A stretch of 63,396 bases of DNA, the filler included, from Chiloscyllium plagiosum (Eukaryota): NCBI RefSeq assembly GCF_004010195.1. It is 5 parts of one record of this genome, joined end to end, with 100 filler letters (N's around TTAATTAATTAA, not from the genome) between each part and the next. Parts side by side here need not be neighbours in the genome. Positions count along the whole stretch, not along the records: positions 49,903 to 59,856 come from NC_057716.1; positions 59,957 to 63,396 come from NC_057716.1; 3 more parts are not named here. The stretch is one strand, 5' to 3'. Position numbers and translations under genes: made by a program. Every line of letters begins with the position of its first letter. Positions within the stretch are counted from its first letter, which is position 1. Below are positions 51,681 through 63,100 of this stretch, in pieces. The notes below the pieces were generated by a model. That model saw only the letters and a list, made by a program, of their open reading frames with translations, had not been told where the DNA came from and ran no database searches.

Positions 51681-52524
51681 AGAGGCCATTCAGCCCATCC
51701 TGTCTGTGTCAGCTGAGAAACAAGCCATCCAAGCCAATGCCTCTTTCCTGCATTTGGTCCATAGCCCTACAGGGTGCAGCACTCGAGATGGACATCAGTC
51801 AACCTTTCAACTGAGTTCAAGAAATTCTGTCTCAACTACCATTTCAAGCATTGGTGGAACCAATTGTGGTGCTGTATTTCCAGGTACCACACTGGCCAGG
51901 GGCACACAGGTGCCATTACATTTTATGCATGTTTCAGTTTTTTTTGTAATTATGGACACAGGTACACAGTTCCTTGAAAGTGGAGTCGCAGGTAGACAGG
52001 GTGGTAAAGAAGGCATTTGGTACGCTTGCATCCATTGGTCAGTGCATTGTGTAGGAGTTGAGAGGTAATTTTTCAACTGCACAGGACATTAGTAAGGCCA
52101 CTTTTGGAATATTACGTTCAATGCTGGTCTTCCTGTTTTAGGAAAGATGCTGTTAAGCTTGAAAGGGTTCAGAAAAGATTTACAAGGGTGTTGCTGGGGT
52201 TGGAGGGTTTGCGCTATAGGGAGAGGCTGAACAGGCTGGGGCTGTTTTCCCTGGAATGTCAGAGGCTGAGCGATGACCTTATAGAGGTTTATGAAATCAT
52301 GAGGGGCGTGGTTACGGTAAATAGTCAAGGCTTTTTCCCCCAGGGTAGGGAGGTCCAAAACTAGATGGCATAGGTTTAAGATGAGTGAGGAAAGTTTTAA
52401 AAAGGGACCTGAGGGTCAGCTTTTTCACACAGAAGATGGTGCATGTATGGAATGAACTGCCAGAGGAAATGGTGGAGGTGGGTACAGTTACAACATTTAA
52501 AAGGCATCTGGTTAGGTATATGAA

Positions 52525-52742
52525 AAAAGTCAGAAGTCACACAACACCAGGTAATAGTCCAACAGGTTTATTTGTAATTGCAAGCTTTTGGAGCCCTGCT
52601 CCTTCATCGACTAACTTCACCTGATGAAGGAGCAGCACTCCGAAAGCTTGAGATTTCAAATAAACCTGTTGGACTATAACCTGGTGTCATGCAACCTCTG
52701 ACTTTGTGCACCCCAGTCCAACTCTGGCACCTCCACATCATA
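52525..52742. mobile_element. Fold-back family B element
   Basis: Inverted arms; TSD gtatatgaa at 52516-52524 and 52743-52751. Confidence 0.85.
52617..52653 (+). ncRNA. Minimal hammerhead ribozyme motif, family B
   Basis: tcac-CTGATGA(52621-52627)-A-GGAG-cagca-CTCC-GAAA(52642-52645)-GCTT. Confidence 0.75.
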
Positions 52743-53699
52743 GTATATGAATAGGAAGGGTTTAGAGGAATATGGGCCAAATGCTGGCAAATGGGAGTAG
52801 ATTAAGTTAGGATATTTGGTCGGCATCGACGACTTGAACCGATGGGTCTGTTTTTGTGCTGTACATCTCTATGACAAAATGCAATGGGTTGGGACTGCAG
52901 TTTCACTCTCCTGCTCCTGATGGCGATAATGAGAAGCATGGGCCCTTTAAGGGTACAGCAACGCCACTAGCAGGATGGTAGCAATACTGCAGTCATCTGG
53001 ACCTCAGCATGAGTCAAATTGAGTGAGGGGTGTGTTCATAGGACCAGGAAAGAATGAAGCTGGAAGCAATATTTCAAACATTGTTCATGACAGGGAGCCA
53101 TTGGGAAGATATTAATTGCCCGTGTAACTGCCCTACAGAGCAGTGGAAAATGCAGGCAGAATCGTTGAGTCACTAACTCAATAATGTGGCCAGCCTGAAT
53201 TATTATCTTTAATGAGCAGTTAACAGTTTAATACAATGGGAAAACGGGTCTCCGATTCCTCCTAGTAATTCAACTACTTTCATAACGGCAGCAATTGAGA
53301 TAATTCGTGTTTATTCAATGTAATTGCAGAAGCAGCTTGAAAGCTGAAATGAGATCAAGTAATAATTATTCCCAGACACAATATGTTATCTAATGAATGT
53401 GTTTTGCAACCTGCAGTGAATTTATGGAGTCTTAAATATTTTCTTATCCGCCTGAAGGGGATTACATTCAGAAATAGTCTGTATATTATAACAATAGGTA
53501 TTATTAATAGGAGTTTTACGGATTTCTACAGGGAGAGAAGGAGTGAAACACTTGCAAATAGCCATTCCTTTTTCTCATCCTCATTTGTATTTCCTGTGGC
53601 TCAGATGCACAATAATTACCTTTTAAATAATCCACTGAGGAATAATAGCATTTGCTCAGGAGTTTAGTTCAGGTCTCTTCATTTATTCATTCATAGTCA

Positions 53700-54030
53700 A
53701 AGGCGATAGGGTGGGTAGCCAAGGTCTTTTCCCAGGGTGGGGGAGTCCAAAACTAGAGGGCATAGGTTTAAGTTGAGAGGGGAAAGATTTAAAAGGGACC
53801 TAAAGGGCAACTCTTTCACATAGAGGGCAGTGTGTGTCTGGAATGACATGCCAGAGGAAGTGGTGATGGCTGGTACAATTACAACATTTAAAAGATAGGA
53901 AGGGCTGAGAGGGGTATGGGCCAAGTGCTAGCAAATGGGGCTAGTTTAATTTAGGATATCTGGTCAGCATGGATGGGATGGTCTGCAGGGTCTGTTTCCG
54001 TGCTAGATGCCTCTCTGATTCTAACTCTGA
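53700..54030 (+). mobile_element. CR1 3' fragment
   Basis: CR1 ORF2 end and 3'UTR. Confidence 0.8.
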
Positions 54031-54198
54031 GACATTAACTATGTTTCTCTCTCTCTTTCTCTCTACTGACACTGTCAGGCCTGCAGATTATTACCAGCTT
54101 CTCTTTTGTCTTTGTTTGCAGAATGCACAGGATTTTGTTCTTGCACTTTGTGTTGCTGCGCTGAACATCTTACGGTACCATACAGCTTTAGACTTAGG

Positions 54199-54396
54199 GA
54201 AAACATGAGGACTGCAGATGCTGGAGATCAGAGCTGAAAATGTGTTGCTGGAAAAGCGCAGCAGGTCAGGCAGCATCCAAGGAGCAGGAGAATCGAAGTT
54301 TCGGGCATTCCTGAAGAAGGGCTCATGCCCAAAACGTCAATTCTCCTGCTCCTTGGATGCTGCCTGACCTGCTGCGCTTTTCCAGCAACACATTTT
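54199..54396. mobile_element. Fold-back family A element
   Basis: TSD cagctttagacttagg at 54183-54198 and 54397-54412; core CTGAAGA-A-GGGC-TCAT-GCCC-AAAA-CGTC. Confidence 0.88.
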
Positions 54397-54804
54397 CAGC
54401 TTTAGACTTAGGCCTACTACAGGAGAGGGAAGACAGACTCTTTTACTGTGGGACTGATTCTGAAGGTACTGGAACATAGAATGAGGCCATTTGGCCAATC
54501 GTGCCCCTACTGGCTTGCAGCAAGGGCATTACAACTCATCCCAATCTGCTGTTAATCCCCAGTGCCCTGCAAATGCTTTCTCTTCACAAAATGATCCCAG
54601 TCCCTCTCCAAGGATGCAGTGATGTACAGGCATTAAATCTGAGATAGATTTTGTTTTTGCAAAGCAGAGGTGAAGCAGGGATGTAGGTCAAAGACAGATA
54701 TATGGAATTGGACCAATGGATCAGCAACAATCTCACTGAATAGTGGGACAGGCTCGTAGGGCTGAATGGCCTCCTTCTGTTCTCATGTTCCTGGAATATT
54801 GTTG

Positions 54805-56108
54805 CTGGACTAGTACTCCAGAAACCCAGGAAATGTTCCAAGCACCTTGGTATAAATCCCATCACAGCGCATGGGGATCTCTGAATTCAGCAAAATCTGG
54901 AATTAAAAGGCTATAGTTATTGCTAAGGTACTTTGGGGGTGGGGGGAGAGGAGGCCTGCTATTGTTCCCTGGTCCAGTGAGTCTACATCCATAAGAATGT
55001 GTTTGACTCTTAATTGCTCTCCAGGAAGGCCTAGCAATCCACTCAGTTAGAGCAAAACTCTTTAAAAGTATCACATGCAGAGGAAGAAAACTGCATGGTC
55101 GAGCTGGCATCAACACAGACAATGGAAATAACAACTGTCAACTCAGCAAAGTCCTCCTTACTAATATCTGGGGACAAGTATCAAAATTGGGAGAGCTGTC
55201 TCACAAACTAGATTAGAGTGGTGCTGGAAAAACACAGCATCTTCAGTCCTCATTTTCGCCTGTCTCACAAACTAGTCAAGCAAGATGTGGAAAATTTAAG
55301 AGGGATACACGCGGCAAGTACTTTACACAGAGGGTGGTAGGCATTTGGAACGCATTGCCAGCAGAGGTGGTAGAGGCAGGCACGGTAGATTCATTTAAGA
55401 TGCGTCTGGACAGATGCATGAGTAGGTGGGGAGCAGAGGGATACAGATGCTAAGGAATTGACCAACAGGTTTAGACAGTACATTTGGATCGGCTCAGGCT
55501 TGGAGGGCTGAAGGGCCTGTTCCTGGGCTGTAAATTTTCTTTGTACTTTGTTCTTTGTTCAGTCTGATATAGTCATACTCACAGAATCATACCTGACAGA
55601 CAATGTCCCAGACACTATCTCTGGAGAGGTTGCAGCACAATGGTATATACTCAAGGGAATTGCCCTAGAGGTCCTCAACTTGACTCCAGACCCCATGACA
55701 TCCCACTGCATTAGGTCAAACAAGGAGCAAGGAAATATCTTGCTGATTACCACATACCGTCTTCCCTTGGCTGATGAATGGGTACTTCTCCATGTTGAAC
55801 CACACTTGGAGAAAGCACTGAGGCTGGCAAGGGTACTAAATGTACTCTGGGTGGGAGATTTCAATGTCCACCACCAAACGTAGCACCAACACTACTGATC
55901 GAGCTGATCAGGTCCTAAAGGACAGACTGGGCATGCAGCAGGTGGTGAGGTAACCAACAAGGGAGAGAAATATACTTGACCTCATTGTTACCAATCTGCC
56001 GCTTGCAGATGTATTTGTCCATGACAGTATCAGTAAGAGTGACCACCGCACAGTCCTTGTGTCCCACCTTCACATTGAGAATACCCTCCATCATGTTGTG
56101 TGGCACTA
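54805..56108 (+). mobile_element. 5' part of a LINE: SINE-like head and APE endonuclease, with nested family A (~55212-55259) and CR1 (~55285-55560) insertions
   Basis: KVLLTNIWG..SKLGEL...SDIVILTESYL, YR.P, VGDFNVHH, LDLIVTN, SDH motifs; TSD ctgtctcacaaactag around the family A insert. Confidence 0.75.
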
Positions 56109-56109
56109 A

Positions 56110-56457
56110 CTCCCTCGTAGCCCTACACACGGAGGAAAGAAAACCACCATTTTGACTGGGACAACACATCTATCCTGGGATAGGTTAAGCAAAGACATGC
56201 CAGAGAATTCCTAGAGGCCTGGCACTCCAACCACAATGCCATAAACAAACACATAGATCTAGATACCATCTGTCAACCCCTCAGAAAACGAACAGGAAAT
56301 GACATCATCACAAACCCCAGGAACCCCATCCAGGACAAACATATAAATAGAAAGCAGGAGACAACAGCTTCGCTTCACTTGGAGGTCGCCACTGATGATG
56401 TTACCTAGCCAGGTAATGAAACATCTGGATATCAAACCTACAGCTCAGTGAGCAAAC
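56110..56457 (+). mobile_element. Penelope GIY-YIG C-terminus and terminal repeat
   Basis: Homologous to 845-1186 (FDWDNT..LG...RHAREFLEAWHS). Confidence 0.88.
56389..56428 (+). ncRNA. Minimal type I hammerhead ribozyme motif, family C
   Basis: cca-CTGATGA(56392-56398)-T-GTTACCT-agcc-AGGTAAT-GAAA(56418-56421)-CATC-tgg; stem I cca/tgg. Confidence 0.78.
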
Positions 56458-57760
56458 NNNNNNNNNNNNNNNNNNNNNNNNNNNNNNNNNNNNNNNNNNN
56501 NNNNNNNNNNNNNNNNNNNNNNNNNNNNNNNNNNNNNNNNNNNNNNNNNNNNNNNNNNNNNNNNNNNNNNNNNNNNNNNNNNNNNNNNNNNNNNNNNNNN
56601 NNNNNNNNNNNNNNNNNNNNNNNNNNNNNNNNNNNNNNNNNNNNNNNNNNNNNNNNNNNNNNNNNNNNNNNNNNNNNNNNNNNNNNNNNNNNNNNNNNNN
56701 NNNNNNNNNNNNNNNNNNNNNNNNNNNNNNNNNNNNNNNNNNNNNNNNNNNNNNNNNNNNNNNNNNNNNNNNNNNNNNNNNNNNNNNNNNNNNNNNNNNN
56801 NNNNNNNNNNNNNNNNNNNNNNNNNNNNNNNNNNNNNNNNNNNNNNNNNNNNNNNNNNNNNNNNNNNNNNNNNNNNNNNNNNNNNNNNNNNNNNNNNNNN
56901 NNNNNNNNNNNNNNNNNNNNNNNNNNNNNNNNNNNNNNNNNNNNNNNNNNNNNNNNNAGCTGTTACTAGGACCAGGAGATACAAGGGTTAAACCAACACT
57001 TCTGAAGCAGATCCCACTGTGGCGAGCTCAGAAGACTTTAGCATCTGAAAAAAGTGTTTAAAATTAACTCTTGCCCACATCATTGGACCTCCCTCGTAGC
57101 TTCACAGTGGTAAAATATCCCAAAAAACTTTACAGAGTTTTAACAAGAAAAAGATATCGCATCTCAGGTGAAGATATTAGGAGGCTTGATCAAAGAAGTG
57201 AGTTTTAAGGTGGAGCCAATGGAAGAGAGAGAACAACAGAGAGAGAAGTTTTGAAAGGAATTCTAAATCAGTGTCAAAGATCTGAAGGCATGGCAGCCAA
57301 TGCAACATGGGAAGAAATACATTTACACAGCACCATTCCCAACCTCAGGATTAGATTAGATTAGATTCCCTGCAGTGTGGAAACAGGCCCTTCGGCCCAA
57401 CCAGTCCACGCCGACCCTCTGATATCTTGAAGCACTTTGTAACCAAATAAATACTTACAAAGGGCAGTCATTGTCGTAATGGGGAAAACACTGCACCCAG
57501 TCTGTTCACAGCAACCTCACGTAGGTAACAATAAAATAATTAACCAAATCAATTGTATTTCAGTAATGGTTGCAGGATCAATGTGGATGTAAGGCAGAAC
57601 CAATTTTGCTCTGTTATCCTGTTTTTCTGTGTGACACAATGAGCAGCAGAAATCAGGAATTGTGTTCCCTAAAATGTTCTAGGCCAGAACATATTACCCA
57701 TCTCTAATTGCTATTCTGAAAGTGGTGCTGAATTGCCTTTGTGAATGGATGTAGTTCATG

Positions 57761-57827
<67 letters not shown>
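57761..57827. repeat. (TGAT)n microsatellite at the tail of a minus-strand Rex-like 3' end
   Basis: About 16 perfect units; adjacent 57828-57895 is the reverse complement of a sequence like the Rex 3' end at 22040-22110. Confidence 0.9.
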
Positions 57828-57828
<1 letters not shown>

Positions 57829-58199
57829 GTCATGTACCGAGATACAGTGAGAAGGTTGTTTGCGTGCTACACATCCAGGTCATTCCGTACAAAGGCAGGC
57901 AGACACACAGTGTGTGATCCACCATTGTCCATTGGATATTACTGAATGGCAATCAAGGGCTACAGTATTCACTGATTTACTCCCATCCTGACCCTGCATT
58001 GCCCCAATTTGCCCAGGCCCCATTCAGCTAACCTGTTGCCTGACTGTGCTATCTCAGTTACAATGATGGAGGGATTTACCTTAAAATTGTTAACCTGCTT
58101 ATTTTCAAATGCAGCTGGGCATTTATGGGCATTACCTTAAAGTAGCCTCTGTTTTATTTGAAATCCATTAGCTCTTAAAACACAGTAAGGCAGTATTCA

Positions 58200-58515
58200 T
58201 TAGAATTCCTACAGTGCGGAAACAGGCCCTTCGGCCCAACAAGTCCACACTGACCCTCCGAAGAGTAACCCCCCCAGATCCATTACCTTACATTTACCCC
58301 TGACTAATGCACCAATCTATACATTTCTGAACACTGTGGTGTGGCCAATCCACCAAACCTGCACATCTTTGGAGGAAGCTGGAGCACCCAGAGGAAACCC
58401 ACACAGACACAGGGAGAATGTGCAAACTCCACACAGACAGTCACCCGAGGGTGAGATTGAACCCAGGTCCCTGGCGCTGTGAGGCAGCAGTGCTAACCAC
58501 TGAGCCATCATGCCA
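58200..58515 (-). mobile_element. HE1/V-SINE-like SINE
   Basis: Consensus match. Confidence 0.85.
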
Positions 58516-58858
58516 CAAGAACCACAAGAAATTACAGAGGGTTATGAACACAGTCCAGTCCACCATGCAAACCAGCCTTGCATCCATCGACTCTGTCCCA
58601 CTGCCTCGGTAAAGCAGCCAATATAATCAATGACCCCTCCCACTCCATTTATATTCTCCTCAACCTTCTTCAATTGGGTAGAAGGTACAAAAATTTGAAA
58701 ACACGTACCAACAGATTCAAGAATAGCTTCTTCCCTGCTGATATCAGACTCGAGAGTATGGTGCTGGAAAAGCACAGCAGGTCAGGCAGCATCTTGAACA
58801 GACCTCTCATGTACTCAAGGTGACCTTTCACTGTACATTCTTTGTAGCTGTAACACTA
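58516..58858 (+). mobile_element. Rex1/Babar 3' fragment with a short family A insert (~58750-58792)
   Basis: CLGKAANIINDPSH...GRRY..LKTRTNRFKNSFFP. Confidence 0.8.
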
Positions 58859-58859
58859 C

Positions 58860-59856
58860 AGAACATAGAACACAGAAAAATATGGCCCAGAACAGGCCCT
58901 TCGGCCCTCAATGTTGCGCCGACCTGTGAACTATTCTCAGCTCGTCCTCCTACACTATCCCAAAGTCATCCATGTGCTTATCTAAGGATTGTTTAAACCT
59001 CCCTAATGTGGCTGAGTTGACTACATTAGCAGATAGGGAATTCCACGCCCTTACCACTCTTTGAGTAAAGAATCTGCCTCTGACATCTGTCTTAAGTCTA
59101 TCGCCCCTCAATTTGTAGTTATGCCTCCTTTGTACAAGCTGACGTCATCATCCTAGGAAGAAGACTTCAACTGTCTACCCTATCTAATCCTCTGATCATC
59201 CTGTATGTCTTTATCAAATCCCCCCTTAGCCCTCTTCTTTCCAATGAGAAAAGGTTCAAGTCTCTCATCCTTTCCTCATAAGGCCTTCCCTCCAGACCAG
59301 GCAACATCCTGGTAAATCTCCTCTGCAACTTTTCCAATGCTGCCACATCCTTCCCGAAATATGGGGACCAGAACTGTACACAATATTCCAAGTGTTGCCG
59401 CACTAGCGTTTTGTATAGTTGCAGCATGATATTGCAGCTCCGGAACTCAATCCCTCTAACCCATGAAACCTAACACACCGTATGCCTTCTTAACAGCACT
59501 ATCCACCCGAGTGGCAACTTTCAGGGATTTATGTACATGGACTCCAAGATCTCTCTGCACATCCACACTACCAAGAATCTTTCCATTGACCCAGTACTCT
59601 GCCTTCCTGTTATTCTTTCCAAAGTGAATCATCTCACATTTAGCTGCATTGAACTCCATTTGCCACCTCTCAGCCCAATTCAGCAGTTTATCCAAGTCCC
59701 CCTGCAACCTGCAACATTCTTCCAAACTGTCCACTCCTCCATCGACTTTAGTGTCATCTGCAAACTTACTAACCCATCCACCTATGCCTGCGTCTAAGTC
59801 ATTTATAAAAATGACAAACAGCAGTGGTCCCAAAACAGATCCTTGTGGCACATCAC
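58860..59856 (-). mobile_element. CR1 RT to 3' end
   Basis: PQGSVLGPLLFVIFINDLD, KFADDTK, HLEYCVQFWSP. Confidence 0.92.
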
Positions 59857-59956
59857 NNNNNNNNNNNNNNNNNNNNNNNNNNNNNNNNNNNNNNNNNNNN
59901 TTAATTAATTAANNNNNNNNNNNNNNNNNNNNNNNNNNNNNNNNNNNNNNNNNNNN

Positions 59957-60126
59957 GGTTAGGTGAATTGGCCATGCTAAATTGCCCGTAGTGTTAGGTG
60001 AAGGGGTAAATGTAGGAGAATGGGTATGGGTGGGTTACGCTTCGGCGGGTCGGTGTGGACTTGTTGGGCCGAAGGGCCTGTTTCCACACTGTAAGTAATC
60101 TAATCTAATCTAAATCTAATCTAATC
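59957..60126 (+). mobile_element. HE1/V-SINE-like 3' half with (tctaa)n tail
   Basis: Consensus match; CpGs retained. Confidence 0.85.
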
Positions 60127-60127
60127 A

Positions 60128-63100
60128 CAATGTGGGCGCTGGTGTCGGGAATCACTGTGGACGCTGGTGTAGGGAATCACTGGGCTCTGGTGTAGGGAAT
60201 CATTGGGCATTGGTGTACGGAATCACTGTGGGTGCTGGTGTAGTGAATCACTGTGGGTGCTGGTGTAGGGATTCACTGTGGGCGCTGGTGCAGGGTATCA
60301 CTGAGGGTGCTGCTGTAGAGAATCACTGTGGGCGCTGGTGTAGGGAATCACTGTGGGCGCTGGTGTAGGGAATCACCGTGGGCGCTGGTGTAGGGAATCA
60401 CTGTGGGTGCTGGTGTAGTGAATCACTGTGGGTGCTGGTGTAGGGAATCACCGTGGGCGCTGGTGTAGGGAATCACTGTGGGTGCTGGTGTAGTGAATCA
60501 CTGTGGGTGCTGGTGTAGTGAATCACTGTGGGTGCTGGTGTAGGGAATCACCGTGGGCGCTGGTGTAGGGAATCACTGTGGGTGCTGGTGTAGTGAATCA
60601 CTGTGGGTGCTGGTGTAGTGAATCACTGTGGGCGCTGGTGTAGGGAATCACTGTGGGTGCTGGTGTAGGGAATCAGTGTGGGTGCTGGTGTAGGGATTCA
60701 CTGTGGGTGCTGGTGTAGTGAAGCACTGTGAGCGCTGGTGTAGGGAATCACTGTGGGCGCTGGTGTAGTGAATCAGTGTGGGCCCTGGTGTAGGGAATCA
60801 CTGTGGGTGCTGGTGTAGGGATTCACTGTGGGTGCTGGTGTAGGGAATGACTGTGGGCGCTGGTGTAGGGAATGACTGTGGGCGCTGTTGTAGGGAATCA
60901 CTGTGGGTGCTGGTGTAGGGAATCACTGTGGGTGCTGGTGTAGGGAATTATTGTGGTCGCTGGTGTAGGGAATCTTAGTGGTGCTGGTGTAGGGAATCAC
61001 TGGGCGCTGGTGTAGGGAATCACTGTGGGCGCTGGTGTAGGGAATGACTGTGGGCGCTGGTGTAGGGAATGACTGTGGGCGCTGGTGTAGGGAATGACTG
61101 TGAGTGCTGGTGTAGTGAATCAGTGTGGGCGCTGGTGTAGGGAATCACTGTGGGCGCTGGTGTAGGGATTCACTGTGAGCGCTGGTGTAGGGAATCTCAG
61201 TGGTGCTGGTGTAGGGAATCACTGGGTGCTGGTGTAGGGAATCACTCTGGGCGCTGGTGTAGGGAATCACCGTAGTCGCTGGTGTAGTGAATCACTGTGG
61301 GTGCTGGTGTAGTGAATCACTGTGGGTGCTGGTGTAGTGAATCACTGTGGGCGCTGGTATAGTGAATCACTGTGGGTGCTGGTGTAGGGATTCACTGTGG
61401 GTGCTGGTGTAGTGAATCACTGTGGGTGCTGGTGTAGTGAATCACTGTGGGTGCTGGTGTAGGGATTCACTGTGAGCGCTGGTGTAGGGAATCACCGTGG
61501 GTGCTGGTGTAGGGATTCACTGTGGGTGCTGGTGTAGTGAATCACTGTGAGCGCTGGTGTAGGGAATCACTGTGAGCGCTGTCGTAGGGAATCAGTGTGG
61601 GCGCTGGTGTAGGGAATCATGTGGGTGCTGGTGTCGTGAATCACTGTGAGCGCTGGTGTAGGGATTCACTGTGGGCGCTGGTGTAGTGAATCATGTGGGT
61701 GCTGGTGTAGGGAATCACTGTGGGCGCTGGTGTCGTGAATCACTGTGGGTGCTGGTGAAGGGAATCAGTGTGGATGCTGGTGAAGGAAATCACTGTGGGC
61801 GCTGGTGTAGGGAATCACTGTGGGTGCTGGTGTAGAGAATCACTGCGGGCGCTAGTATAGGGAATCACTGTGGGTGCTGGTGTAGGGTATCACTGGGCAC
61901 TGGTGTAGGGAATCACTGTGGGTGCTGGTGTAGTGAATCACTGTGGGCGCTGGTATAGGGAATCACTGGGCTCTGGTGTAGGGAATCACTGGGCTCTGGT
62001 GTAGGGAATCACTGTGGGCGCTGGTGTAGAGAATCTCTGCGGGCGCTGGTGTAGGGAATCAGTGTGGGCGCTGGTGTAGGGAATCACTGTGGGCACTGGT
62101 GTAGGGAATCACTGTGGGCGTTGGTGTAGGGAATCAGTGTGGGCGCGGGTGTAGGGAATCACTGTGGGCACTGGTGCATGGAATCACTGTGGGCACTGGT
62201 GTAGGGAATCACTGTGGGCGCTGGTGTAGGGAATCACTGTGGGTGCTGGTGCATGGAATCACTGTGGGTGCTGGTGTAGTGAATCAGTGAGGGCGCTGGT
62301 GTAGGGAATCAGTGTGGGTGCTGGTGCATGGAATCACTGTGGGTGCTGGTGTAGTGAATCAGTGTGGGCGCTGGTGTAGGGAATCAGTGTGGGCGCTTGT
62401 GTAGGGAATCACTGTGGGCGCTGGTGTAGGGAATCACTTAGGGAATCACTGTGGGCGCTGGTGTAGGGAATCACTGTGGGCGCTGGTGTAGGGAATCAGT
62501 GTGAGCGCTGGTGTAGGGAATCACTGTGGGCGCTGGTGTAGGGAATCACTGTGGGCGCTGGTGTAGGGAATCACTCTGGGCTCTGATGTAGTGAATCACT
62601 GTGGGTGCTGGTGTTGGGAATCACTGTGGGCGCTGGAGTAGGGAATCACTGTGGGTGCTGGTGTAGGGATTCACTGTGGGTGCTGGTGTAGGGAATCACT
62701 GTGGACGCTGGTGTAATGAATCACTGTGGGCGCTGGTGTAGTGAATCACTGGGCGTTGGCGCAGGGAATCAGTGTGGGCGCTGGTGTAGTGAATCACTGT
62801 GAGCGCTGGTGTAGGGAATCGCTGTTGGCACTGTTGTAGGGAATCACTATGGGTGCTGGTGTATGGTATCAGTGTGGATGCTGGTGTAGGAAATCACTGT
62901 GGGTGCTGGTGCAGTGAATCATTGGGCGTTGGTGTACGGAATCACTGTTAGAGAATCACTGGGCTCTGGTGTATGGAATCACTGTGGGCGCTGGTGTAGA
63001 GAATCACTGGGCTCTGGTGTATGGAATCACTGTGGGCGCTGGTGTAGAGAATCACTGGGCTCTGGTGTATGGAATCACTGTGGGCGCTGGTGTAGAGAAT

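Larger units (their letters stand above)
51960..52875 (+). mobile_element. CR1 3' part with a family B insertion
   Basis: ERVQKRFTR motif and 3'UTR. Confidence 0.88.

Noticed and set aside
5533..58515. tRNA genes at SINE heads
   Set aside because: A/B boxes are present but continue into SINE bodies without a full cloverleaf or terminator
2701..58823. Recurring peptide 'ETSILLLLGCCLTCCAF' in many small ORFs
   Set aside because: It is the translation of the family A repeat and appears with frameshifts and stops; no evidence of a protein family
390..59856. Plus-strand excess of CR1 copies as evidence for a minus-strand host intron
   Set aside because: LTR elements show the opposite bias, counts are small, and contig orientation across gaps is uncertain
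25869..59912. TTAATTAATTAA embedded in N runs at 25869, 40319, 49847 and 59901
   Set aside because: The same 12-mer inside gaps is a six-frame-stop scaffolding spacer, not biological sequence; adjacency across these gaps is also uncertain
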